Assembly: GCA_033764315.1 (NCBI GenBank)
Contig: JANRJA010000154.1
Coordinates: forward strand, 1 to 43,309
DNA length: 43,309 nucleotides
Origin: Oculatellaceae cyanobacterium bins.114
GTDB taxonomy: Bacteria; Cyanobacteriota; Cyanobacteriia; Elainellales; Elainellaceae
Direction of reading: 5' to 3'
In this document: positions 1 to 7,899 of the stretch, piece by piece
Numbering within the stretch: position 1 is the stretch's first letter
How the letters are laid out: each line of letters starts with the position of its first letter
Program-made: the position numbers and the translations under genes
Notes under the pieces: generated by a model
The model's input: only the letters and a program-made list of their open reading frames with translations
What the model was told of the DNA's origin: nothing
The model's database searches: none

Positions 1-117
1 AGAGGTTTTCCCGATTGCTTCACTTCAGGTCGGCTTTGAGCAATTAACCCGCAAGATGAATACGTTTATTTGTCCACTCGTACATGAGTTAAACCTGCAA
101 CTCATCTTTTCATCTGC

Positions 118-732
118 TTAGAGTGACCAAAGAGGGATAAAGCCGGAGTCCTTGCCCCCATTCGTTGTATAGAGTTGAATGAGGTGGTGACACAACTCGT
201 GATCAAGCACATTAGGAATAAATAAGGCTGGGGCTTGTCGGGTTGCCATTGTGGGAGCCGAAAACTCTGGCAACTCCTTTGCCCATTGCAGCACCTGCAC
301 GGCATGTTGGGCTGGATCTTGAATGGGGGCGATCGCCATAATTTGCAGGTTCTGATTGAGCACAAAGCTCATGGGGATGTATTGCACATTAAAGTTCGCT
401 GCACTCGTTGGTTGAAGAACTCCATACAGTTGGCTTACCGCACGATCAAAATCCCAAAATAATTTGCAATACGTCAGATGAGTGATCTGATCTTGAAAGA
501 CTACATCATCAGGATCTATCAGCACCCCAAAAAAAGGAACATTGGCTTGCTCAAACTCTGCTTGCAGATCGAGAAACTGTTGCAGCACCTGCCGACACCG
601 ATCGACTTTAGAGCTACCTAAAAAAGATAAGATAACGCGATAGCCCCCGACGGTATCAAAGTTGAAGTTAGGGCTAGAGGTGGAAGGAACTCGAAAGAGG
701 GGGGCAGGGTCGCCTGGGGTAAGGTGTGACAC
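118..732 (-). pseudogene. Redoxin (AhpC/TSA-like) + 2OG-Fe(II) oxygenase fusion protein, 3'-truncated
   Basis: N-terminus is redoxin-like (LTPGDPAPLF...FWDFDRAVSQLYG). It then reads QAPALFIPNVLD..LC..LI.LY...GGKDSGF, the start of the oxygenase domain in this family, and ends at IPLWSL* with no HxD...H triad. The other frames past ~137 also stop quickly. Confidence 0.6.
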
Positions 733-780
733 AGGAGTTGAATGGGCACCTAAAACTCATTTGGATAATAACCGATCCAT

Positions 781-850
781 TGGTGTCTGAGAAGTTTTTG
801 GCGGTTGAAACCGCGGCTACAAAACCCAAATCTGCCGTTGCGGACTCAAA
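781..850. repeat. Dispersed REP/MITE-like repeat, copy 1 (partial)
   Basis: Its reverse complement closely matches 10329-10398 (…TTGTAGYCGCGGTTTYAACCRCCAAAAACTTCTCAGACA) and shares the core GTAGTTGCGGTTTCAACCGCC with ~5414-5434. Confidence 0.75.
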
Positions 851-1068
851 CTAATCCAGGCTTTCGGTAACCTGCTTTCTTCTAGCTAATTTTAATAAGC
901 AATAAGGGCGATCGCCCCAGTTTGTAACAATGGCGATCGCCCCAGTGGGGAAGCTGTTTTGCATGCCCCTTTTGATTAATAGATTGATCCCATGACCGAT
1001 TCAGTCGGGAATTGAAGAAAAATAAGAAATGGTCTGAGTTGAATACTACTCAATTGATTGGTATACGG

Positions 1069-1506
1069 TTAACCCTGGACGTGAGTCTCTAAAATTTTGG
1101 CTAAGCCGGGAACAGCTTCCTCAATGTCATTCTTTACTGATTTGCGAAGCTGATTATAGGAAGCGCGTACAGCCCCATTCTTTGATTTTTCGATCTTGGC
1201 ATCAGTGAGGCTCAACAACATATCAGCAGTGCGAGAGCGGTTTTGAGTCAAATGTTCAACCGGATTGCCCGACTGAATTCCTTCGTTCCACATCGGGTCA
1301 AGGGCCGCTAGAGCTTCAGGCAATAACCGCTGAATTGCTTTGGGAACGTAGCTCGGCTCAATTCCTTTGACAACACCATATGCCGCTTTCAACGCCAGCC
1401 CAGAGATTCCGCCTTTAGCAGCCACTTGCTCATCCATCAACTTGGCACAGTCTGCAACCAAGTTTGCTTGTGTGGTCTTATCTTTAAGCTTGTCGTGAAG
1501 TCCCAT
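1069..1506 (-). CDS. Conserved hypothetical protein (DUF6918-like)
   Basis: 145-aa ORF with ATG start. The KGGISGLALKAAY...LLP..ALDP...ADMLLSLTD pattern is typical of this all-helical family. Confidence 0.7.
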   Translation of the reverse strand: MGLHDKLKDKTTQANLVADCAKLMDEQVAAKGGISGLALKAAYGVVKGIEPSYVPKAIQRLLPEALAALDPMWNEGIQSGNPVEHLTQNRSRTADMLLSLTDAKIEKSKNGAVRASYNQLRKSVKNDIEEAVPGLAKILETHVQG

Positions 1507-1684
1507 ATTGATTTCCTAGACATAACCAATGTGTGCTGACTCCTCATTATTGACAAGCTTTGATGAAAACTAGCACTTTTGCCCCATTTTTCGACGTTAC
1601 TTAACAAGAGTGTGAATTTTTTTTAATCTCTGGCCAAAACTACGGATTCAGACTACCAACCCACTAAAGCTTTCTGAAGCTCTA

Positions 1685-1777
1685 TATGGCAGTCCTAAAT
1701 CATTTGTGAGATTAGCACGTTGTGAGAGGTGTATCCTTCCGGGGTGCACCTCTCACAACTCATTTGGGATTGCTATA
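1685..1777. mobile_element. MITE with ~27-bp terminal inverted repeats
   Basis: Left end TATGGCAGTCCTAAATCATTTGTGAGA; right end reverse complement TATAGCAATCCCAAATGAGTTGTGAGA. Internal hairpin at 1720-1759. The same left end recurs at 42384. Confidence 0.8.
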
Positions 1778-1863
1778 GTTACTCTACCTCCAAGCCATTA
1801 ATCCTGAACGCAGAGCTTTGTCACGAAGAGATAGGGATCACAACGTTAATCCAAGGCGTCAAC

Positions 1864-3366
1864 CTAAGGCAAGCAATCCATGTAGGTGGCCATGTCCCAA
1901 TCAGTGGTTGTCGCCAAAAACTTCGCCCACTCATCCCGCTTATACCAGTCATACAGCATATACATTTCACCTGGCATGGCCGATTTAATTACATCATCTG
2001 CGGCCAGACGATCGAGTGCTTCTCCTAGCGACATGGGCAACTTCTTCACCTGTTTTCCGGCTTCCATCGCCTCATACAAGTTCCGCTGTTCGGGTGCACC
2101 CGGATCCAGTTTTTGTTGAATGCCATCATCAAAGGCTTTGAGTAGGGCAGATGCCATTAGATAGGGGTTCACCATTGAGTCAACCGCGCGATATTCAAAC
2201 CGTCCGGGAGCCGAAACACGCAAGCCACAAGTCCGATTTTGATAGCCCCAATCAGCATAGACGGGTGCCCACAATCCGGTGTCCCACAAACGACGATAAG
2301 AGTTCACGGTGGAACAGCCGATCGCAGTAAGAGCAGGTAAATGCTCAATTACACCACCGATGCAATATAGCCCAGTTTGTCCTGGAATGCGGCGATCGCT
2401 TGCTCCTGGCTCTGGTAAAAAGGTATTAGTTCCCCCTTTGTAATAGGTAAAGTTTTCCTCCAGTCCAGGTAGGGTTTCTAACGCAAAGGTCTTGATCGTT
2501 TCCTCACCGCCGCCCCAGAGCGATAGGTTATGGTGACACCCAGAGGCAGAGACTCCCATAAAGGGCTTTGACATAAAACAGGCGATCAAGTTAAATTCGC
2601 GGGCGACTTGGGCACAGATTTGGCGATAGGTCGTGAGGCGATCGCTCGTCCGCAACGCATCATCAAAAGTAAAGTTGAGTTCCAACTGTCCGGGTGCGTC
2701 TTCGTGGTCACCCTGAATCATATCCAAACCCATCGCGCGGCTATATTCGATCACCCGCAAAAAGACAGGACGCAACTCCTCAAACTGGTCAATATGATAA
2801 CAGTTGGGTTTTGTCACCCCACCTGCGGGTTTGCCATCGGGGCCTTTTTTCAGCCACATCATTTCGGGTTCACAACCGTGGCGCAAGTGCAACCCGTGAG
2901 CCGTTTGAAACTCCGCATGAATGCGTTTTAGATTACCGCGACAGTCAGCCGTGAGATAGGCACCGGGGTCTATTTCCTCTTCGCGATTGCGAAAACAAGT
3001 GCAAAAAACACGGGCAACCCGCTTATCCCAGGGTAGTTGACAAAAAGTTTCAGGATCGGGGATGGCAACCAGTTCAGCCGCTTCAGGGCCATAGCCGATG
3101 TAGTTGCGATGGCGATCGATAAACAGGTTTGCCATCGAGCCATAGACCAGTTGAATTCCTTTTTCAGCGATCGCCTCCCAGTGATCAGCAGGCACCCCTT
3201 TGCCCACTACGCGCCCTGTAACCGAAATGAATTGGTAATAAATGTATTGAATGCCCAACTGATCAATCTTGGCACGCACCTGTTTGACTAACTCGGCGCG
3301 CCCTTCTGCGGTGACATACGCTTCTAAGTCAGTCAGTGTTTCAGCTTTTGTTAGAACTCCTGTCAC
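1864..3366 (-). CDS. Glutamine synthetase-like protein, probable gamma-glutamyl-amine ligase (GmaS/PuuA-like function)
   Basis: GS catalytic motifs GCEPE, HEDAPGQLE, SGCHHNLS, YRRL, NRT, RFEYRAVD. The flap reads GLWAP instead of GYEAP. GTG start with GGAGGG RBS. Confidence 0.85.
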   Translation of the reverse strand: MTGVLTKAETLTDLEAYVTAEGRAELVKQVRAKIDQLGIQYIYYQFISVTGRVVGKGVPADHWEAIAEKGIQLVYGSMANLFIDRHRNYIGYGPEAAELVAIPDPETFCQLPWDKRVARVFCTCFRNREEEIDPGAYLTADCRGNLKRIHAEFQTAHGLHLRHGCEPEMMWLKKGPDGKPAGGVTKPNCYHIDQFEELRPVFLRVIEYSRAMGLDMIQGDHEDAPGQLELNFTFDDALRTSDRLTTYRQICAQVAREFNLIACFMSKPFMGVSASGCHHNLSLWGGGEETIKTFALETLPGLEENFTYYKGGTNTFLPEPGASDRRIPGQTGLYCIGGVIEHLPALTAIGCSTVNSYRRLWDTGLWAPVYADWGYQNRTCGLRVSAPGRFEYRAVDSMVNPYLMASALLKAFDDGIQQKLDPGAPEQRNLYEAMEAGKQVKKLPMSLGEALDRLAADDVIKSAMPGEMYMLYDWYKRDEWAKFLATTTDWDMATYMDCLP

Positions 3367-3405
3367 CGATCGCCCTCCAAATGAATTTTGCTACTTAATA
3401 AAACC

Positions 3406-3438
3406 AAATTGTTATATCAAGTTTGTATCCGTTAATAC
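3406..3438 (-). promoter_or_regulatory. Operator palindrome copy (AAATTGTTATATCAAGTT) plus adjacent NtcA box (GTA-N8-TAC)
   Basis: 3409-3420 TTGTTATATCAA is 1 mismatch from TTGTTATAACAA; 3425-3438 is GTATCCGTTAATAC. Both lie 40-70 bp upstream of the GS-like start and overlap the 3' end of the SBP gene. No clean -10 at the canonical spacing. Confidence 0.6.
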
Positions 3439-4173
3439 GGGTTGCTTGATTTCCTCTACAAACGGAAATGGCTTCCAGGGAATCCATCGTTCCCATAGTG
3501 TTGCAACCGTGCCATTGGCAATCAATGCATTGAGAGCCGATTCGATCGCTTGATGCAGAGCGACATTACCCTTTTGCACACCAATTCCAAACGGAACTCG
3601 GGTCGGCACCTCAAACGCCATTCGTAAACTCGCGTCTTCTTCTGCTGCAACGACTAATACCAACTCATCATCAATCAGGGCATCAATCTCCCCGTTTCGC
3701 AGTGCCTCTAGCATTTCAGGCAACACTTTGTCGCTGCCGGGATAGGGAACAACGGTGACACCGGGAAACGTGGCGGCGAGTGCCAGGTTGGTGCTATCTG
3801 CCAACCCTCCCACTCGCAAGCCAGCCAGATCTGCGGCTGACTGCACCGGACTCTCGACTTTGACTAATACCGACTCATCAAACAGCCCATAGGGGCGAGT
3901 AAAGTCAACCCACTGTTGCCGCTCTGGAGTGATGGCTTGATTAAACCACACCACATCGTAGTGACCTGTTTGCATAGAGGAATAAAACTTCTCCATGCGG
4001 GTGTTGTGCCAAATTGGTTCTAACCCTAGTTTTTGGCATACGAGGCGAGCTAGCTCTGGCTCATAACCCGATCGCTGTCCTTGCTCGACATAGGTCATAG
4101 GACGAGCATCAAAATCGCTAGCAACAATATGCAAATAGCCCGTTTCAACCGTTGAAAACGCTTGAGTGTTCAT
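3412..4173 (-). CDS. Polar amino acid-type (family 3) solute-binding protein, no signal peptide
   Basis: GYEPELARLVCQKLGL, AITPERQQWVDFTRPY, DLAGLRVG, L.NGEIDA, FGIGVQKGN..L...I..AL motifs. In-frame TGA 9 codons upstream of the ATG. Confidence 0.85.
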   Translation of the reverse strand: MNTQAFSTVETGYLHIVASDFDARPMTYVEQGQRSGYEPELARLVCQKLGLEPIWHNTRMEKFYSSMQTGHYDVVWFNQAITPERQQWVDFTRPYGLFDESVLVKVESPVQSAADLAGLRVGGLADSTNLALAATFPGVTVVPYPGSDKVLPEMLEALRNGEIDALIDDELVLVVAAEEDASLRMAFEVPTRVPFGIGVQKGNVALHQAIESALNALIANGTVATLWERWIPWKPFPFVEEIKQPVLTDTNLI

Positions 4174-4251
4174 GAATTGTAGGAATGCTGTAACGAGTCA
4201 ATCATGAGAATCAAATCTATACCAGCAACTATCTAAAAAAGACAATAGAGC

Positions 4252-4343
4252 GTAGCTGGAAATACATTTTTTCAGAGAAGTAAACTTATTATAACAAGTT
4301 AATGATTGCAGTAAGTTTGACACCAAAATGTAATTATCACTAC
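4252..4343. promoter_or_regulatory. Divergent promoter region: two NtcA boxes and an 18-bp operator overlapping both -10 elements
   Basis: GTAGCTGGAAATAC (4252-4265), 21 nt, then TATTAT (4287-4292) on +. TGTTATAAT extended -10 (4296-4288) on -. Palindrome AACTTATTATAACAAGTT at 4283-4300. Second box GTAATTATCACTAC at 4330-4343. Confidence 0.75.
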
Positions 4344-4390
4344 CAATCTGACGGGATTACGTTTGATGTTTAGAAACAACAGGATGACAT

Positions 4391-5296
4391 ATGGAATATC
4401 AACCCATTGATCTAACAGATGCACAACTTCAACAGTTTCAAGAAGATGGCTTTTTGATTCTGGAAAACTTTTTGCCCAAAGAATTGCCAGAAATATTAAT
4501 CGATCGAATGGGGCGTTTATTTTATGGAGAGTTTGAAACCGGAATCTATCCTGATGAATGGTATTGGCGACCTGGATTAAGTTTGCCCGACGTAACGCGA
4601 GAGATCTGTAATGCCTGGAAGTGTGATTTGGCGATCGCCAGTTTGGTGTTATCCGCTGAGATTGGTCGGCTTAGTGCCACCTTAGCTGGCTGGGAAGGAG
4701 CACGCATTGGACAAGACAGCATGTGGATGAAACCACCCCTCGCCAGTGCGATCGCCATGCATCAAGATGGTGCTTACATTGACTATCTAACTCCATCCCA
4801 GATGATGACCTGTTGGATTGCCTTAAACAATGCCACTGCTGCCGATGGCACGTTGGTCTATGCCAGAGGTTCCCATAAATGGGATTTAATTAACGTCGCG
4901 GGTGAGTTTCATGCCCCCACAAAAGACTATCGCTGGGCAATGCTGCAAGCCGCCGAAAAAGCGGGTGTTGATGAGCCAGAGATCGTGGTGGTAGAAGTGC
5001 CTGCGGGGGGATGCGCCTTTCATCATGGACGCACCTGGCATGGACTCTGCAAAACCACTCGTACCGAAGGCGTGTTCCACAGCATTGGCTTACATACGAT
5101 TCCCTCCAATGCTCAGTTTCACCCCACTAACAAAGCGGGTTATATCTATGGACGCTATAAGCGAGTCAACGATGTGGTGATGGATGAGAGTTTTTTCCCC
5201 ATTTTGTGGACAAAGGAGGGGTATCGATCGCCCTTTTTAGCAGATTATTGCAAGGATGCTTTGACTCCCAGCCTACTGGTATCTGGCGTACGTTAA
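4391..5296 (+). CDS. PhyH-family Fe(II)/2-oxoglutarate dioxygenase
   Basis: QF.EDGFLILENFL start, MHQD (HxD), TCWIALNNAT..DG.L....GSHKW, VPAGG..FHHG.TWHG. Confidence 0.88.
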   Translation: MEYQPIDLTDAQLQQFQEDGFLILENFLPKELPEILIDRMGRLFYGEFETGIYPDEWYWRPGLSLPDVTREICNAWKCDLAIASLVLSAEIGRLSATLAGWEGARIGQDSMWMKPPLASAIAMHQDGAYIDYLTPSQMMTCWIALNNATAADGTLVYARGSHKWDLINVAGEFHAPTKDYRWAMLQAAEKAGVDEPEIVVVEVPAGGCAFHHGRTWHGLCKTTRTEGVFHSIGLHTIPSNAQFHPTNKAGYIYGRYKRVNDVVMDESFFPILWTKEGYRSPFLADYCKDALTPSLLVSGVR

Positions 5297-5458
5297 CGTC
5301 AGTTTGGTTTAAGAGCCTAGCGAATAAATTCGCGGCTATAAGAGCGAAGTTCGCCTTCGCGAACTACAGAAAATCAAGGGTTGAGTGAACCGACGCAGGT
5401 CGGTTTTGCTCCTGTAGTTGCGGTTTCAACCGCCAAAATCCTTATCCCGAATTCACGT
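5296..5458. mobile_element. MITE with imperfect TIRs and 7-bp target duplication TACGTTA
   Basis: Ends ACGTCAGTTTGGT / rc ACGTGAATTCGGG. TACGTTA at 5289-5295 and 5459-5465. Internal REP-like hairpins related to 781-850 and 10257-10400. Confidence 0.75.
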
Positions 5459-5471
5459 TACGTTAATGCAA

Positions 5472-5504
5472 CAGATCTCCGGAATTCTAATAATTCCGGA
5501 GATC
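5472..5504. repeat. AGATCYCCGG...CCGGRGATCT hairpin repeat (possible bidirectional terminator)
   Basis: Perfect inverted repeat AGATCTCCGGAATT-ctaat-AATTCCGGAGATCT between convergent genes; same family at 13653-13685 and 29972-30038. Confidence 0.7.
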
Positions 5505-5527
5505 TAAAAGCGATAGAGCGATCGCCC

Positions 5528-5932
5528 TTATCTCATCCGACGCCCTTTACGAGCTCCTCTCCGTTTAGCGGTACGCCCTTTCGACCCTCCACCCAAACCG
5601 ACTAACCCTAATAGGGCAAGTGGTTGCCAGGTTGAGCGTTCAGAGCGAATTTCTTGAGAATGGCGAGGGTTAATCGCTTCACGGCGATCGGCCTGTGGGT
5701 TTAACAGTCCCATCACTGATGCAAACCCCGCCACTAGCAATAGCCCTATAGCTTTGACATCAGGTGACTTAGAAGATGTCTGAGTCATCCCAAAGGATGC
5801 ATAGAAAAAGTAGATTGTGATTAGCGCACTGATGATTAACAAAACGGTAATCATCGTCGGATTATTGGCGAAGGTATAGATGGGTCCTTCAGCACTAGAA
5901 AACTCTTCAAAGGTCGAAAATGGACTTGTCAT
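5528..5932 (-). CDS. Small membrane protein co-transcribed with amt
   Basis: Starts 10 bp after the amt stop; 2-3 hydrophobic segments and a basic C-tail. Confidence 0.75.
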   Translation of the reverse strand: MTSPFSTFEEFSSAEGPIYTFANNPTMITVLLIISALITIYFFYASFGMTQTSSKSPDVKAIGLLLVAGFASVMGLLNPQADRREAINPRHSQEIRSERSTWQPLALLGLVGLGGGSKGRTAKRRGARKGRRMR

Positions 5933-5941
5933 AAGTGGCTC

Positions 5942-7351
5942 TTACTCCGTTGCAAGCTCAGGTGAACCGATGGCAGTAGGTTGCGCTGATTTGCCCTTAG
6001 AACCTCCGGTCACAAAGGACATCGTGGCGTATTCTGGATAGCCTTCAACCCCTAAATCAGAGAGATCCAATCCAGTGATTTCTTCTTCATAAGGAACCCG
6101 CAACAGATTGAATTTCTTCAACAACCAACTTGTGCCATATCCAGGAATAAACCCTAAGAGAACAGTGCAAACTAAAGCACCGACAATTTGACCCACTAAG
6201 TTAATAGAAGGAATGCCATCGCCTTGAGGGAAGCCAGCCGCTGCAATACCCACGACGACAGAGCCAAATAAGCCACAGAAACCATGAACCCCAACCGCAC
6301 CCACGGCATCGTCGATACCCAATTTTTCAATCGCAAGGATCACTTTAGGCATACAGAAGGAGGCAATAAATGCTAGGACAATCACTAAAGCGGGGTGATA
6401 CACATCCATGCCTGCCCCAGTAGCAATAATGCCTGCCAGACCACCGGAAATGGTGAAGAATGGATCACTCTTGGAAGAGATGTATGCACCGACCAAACCA
6501 GCTGCCAGGGCAAGCGTTGTGCTCACTCCAATCGAAGCTAGCGTCATTGGCGTGCCATAGATCGTAAACTCTCCGGTATAACCCGGCAAGAAGATTAAGC
6601 ACGCGGCTAAAAATGCATAGAACCCGACAAAGATAAGCATCAGTCCCACCATAGTGAGCGGCAGGTTGTGAGGCAGAATCGGTCTAGGCTTACCATTGGC
6701 ATCATACTTGCCAATTCTGGGTCCGAGATTGAGCAACACACCCAACGTAAAGAAACCAGAGACTCCGTGGACGACCGCAGCGCACCCAAAATCGTGATAG
6801 CCCAACTGGGTAAACATCCAACCAAAAACGTTCCATCCCCAAGCGGCGGCAACAACCCAGGTAAATGACCCTAGGACAATTGACATAATCAAATAGGCAC
6901 CCACTTTGACCCGTTCGATCAGTGCACCCGACAAGATGGATGCAGTGGTCATTGCAAACAATGCAAAGGCAAAGAAGAAAACGCCTGTAATGTGATCAGC
7001 CGTATTTGGCCCCAACGCTGGTGACCAGGGATAGGAGGTCTCAACATAGGGCATGGCAGCCGCAACGGCTTCGCTCGCTTCTGGATTAGTCCAGGGTCCT
7101 AAAATGCCCCCCACAAATGGGAACAGAGGGAAGGCATTGTAGACCCACCAACCAAAAAAGAAAAATGCCAAACCGACACTCGCCAGGGTTAATAGGTTCT
7201 TCACCATAGTGGCGAGAACATTCTTAGTTCGGGAAGCTCCGCCTTCATACGCTAGAAAACCAGCGTGGATCAAAATCATGAAGACAGAAGCCCAGTAATA
7301 GAAACTTTCCGAGACAAATGTTCCTAGAAATTCTTGTGCTTCGGGAGACAT
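5942..7351 (-). CDS. amt: Amt-family ammonium/methylammonium transporter (divergent type)
   Basis: GF..YEGG.SR.KNV, SGALIERVK, DFGCAAVVH, LGPRIGKY, PHNLP, DDAVGAVGVHG with both pore His conserved; about 11 TM segments. Confidence 0.93.
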   Translation of the reverse strand: MSPEAQEFLGTFVSESFYYWASVFMILIHAGFLAYEGGASRTKNVLATMVKNLLTLASVGLAFFFFGWWVYNAFPLFPFVGGILGPWTNPEASEAVAAAMPYVETSYPWSPALGPNTADHITGVFFFAFALFAMTTASILSGALIERVKVGAYLIMSIVLGSFTWVVAAAWGWNVFGWMFTQLGYHDFGCAAVVHGVSGFFTLGVLLNLGPRIGKYDANGKPRPILPHNLPLTMVGLMLIFVGFYAFLAACLIFLPGYTGEFTIYGTPMTLASIGVSTTLALAAGLVGAYISSKSDPFFTISGGLAGIIATGAGMDVYHPALVIVLAFIASFCMPKVILAIEKLGIDDAVGAVGVHGFCGLFGSVVVGIAAAGFPQGDGIPSINLVGQIVGALVCTVLLGFIPGYGTSWLLKKFNLLRVPYEEEITGLDLSDLGVEGYPEYATMSFVTGGSKGKSAQPTAIGSPELATE

Positions 7352-7661
7352 GGCTTAATGCAAAGGGTATTGCGATCAGAAGTTTGCAGTTGAACTCAAT
7401 CAAAGGGGGACTCGATAACAGTCTGGACAATTTTGATCAAACAGAGATTCAACAGAAATGAGACATTTGAGAGCGATCGCGACAAAAGCCAATATGACGT
7501 CCTCAACAATCTCTTGCAAATGCAGTTTTCACCAAAATGCTTGCCCAAACTGTACCCAAAACTCCGCTAGATTCCGACTAAAAACTATATTTAGCGGAAA
7601 TCTATGAGAATGATAGAGAACCTTTGATATCAAAAATCAGACACGAATTAAAGATGAAGCA

Positions 7662-7703
7662 AATATAAAATTGACTTGTTATAACAAATGTATTCTAATT
7701 AAC
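7662..7703 (-). promoter_or_regulatory. NtcA-type class II promoter for amt with embedded perfect operator TTGTTATAACAA
   Basis: On -: GTT-N8-TAC (7703-7690), 22 nt, TATATT (7667-7662). The palindrome at 7676-7687 lies in the spacer. Confidence 0.7.
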
Positions 7704-7899
7704 CATTTCAAATATTTCAGCAGTTTATCTTCAATCATACAAACTGCCCGTTTAGCAATGACCGTCCGACTCTAGACGCCGAGATATTATGGCTTCCCAC
7801 TGCTTTTTAAAGGCAGTAGTTTACTTTGGTAAATGGGCAGCAGATTAGTAAAGCACTCTAAAAACCCAAGCCTGCCGCCAGTACGGTTAAAAGTTTTTT

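Noticed and set aside
906-945. Paired GGCGATCGCC palindromes
   Set aside because: Ordinary HIP1 sites, abundant throughout the window.
1864-3366. Calling this glnA or glnN
   Set aside because: Ammonium-site residues are altered, and length and sequence do not match cyanobacterial GSI or GSIII.
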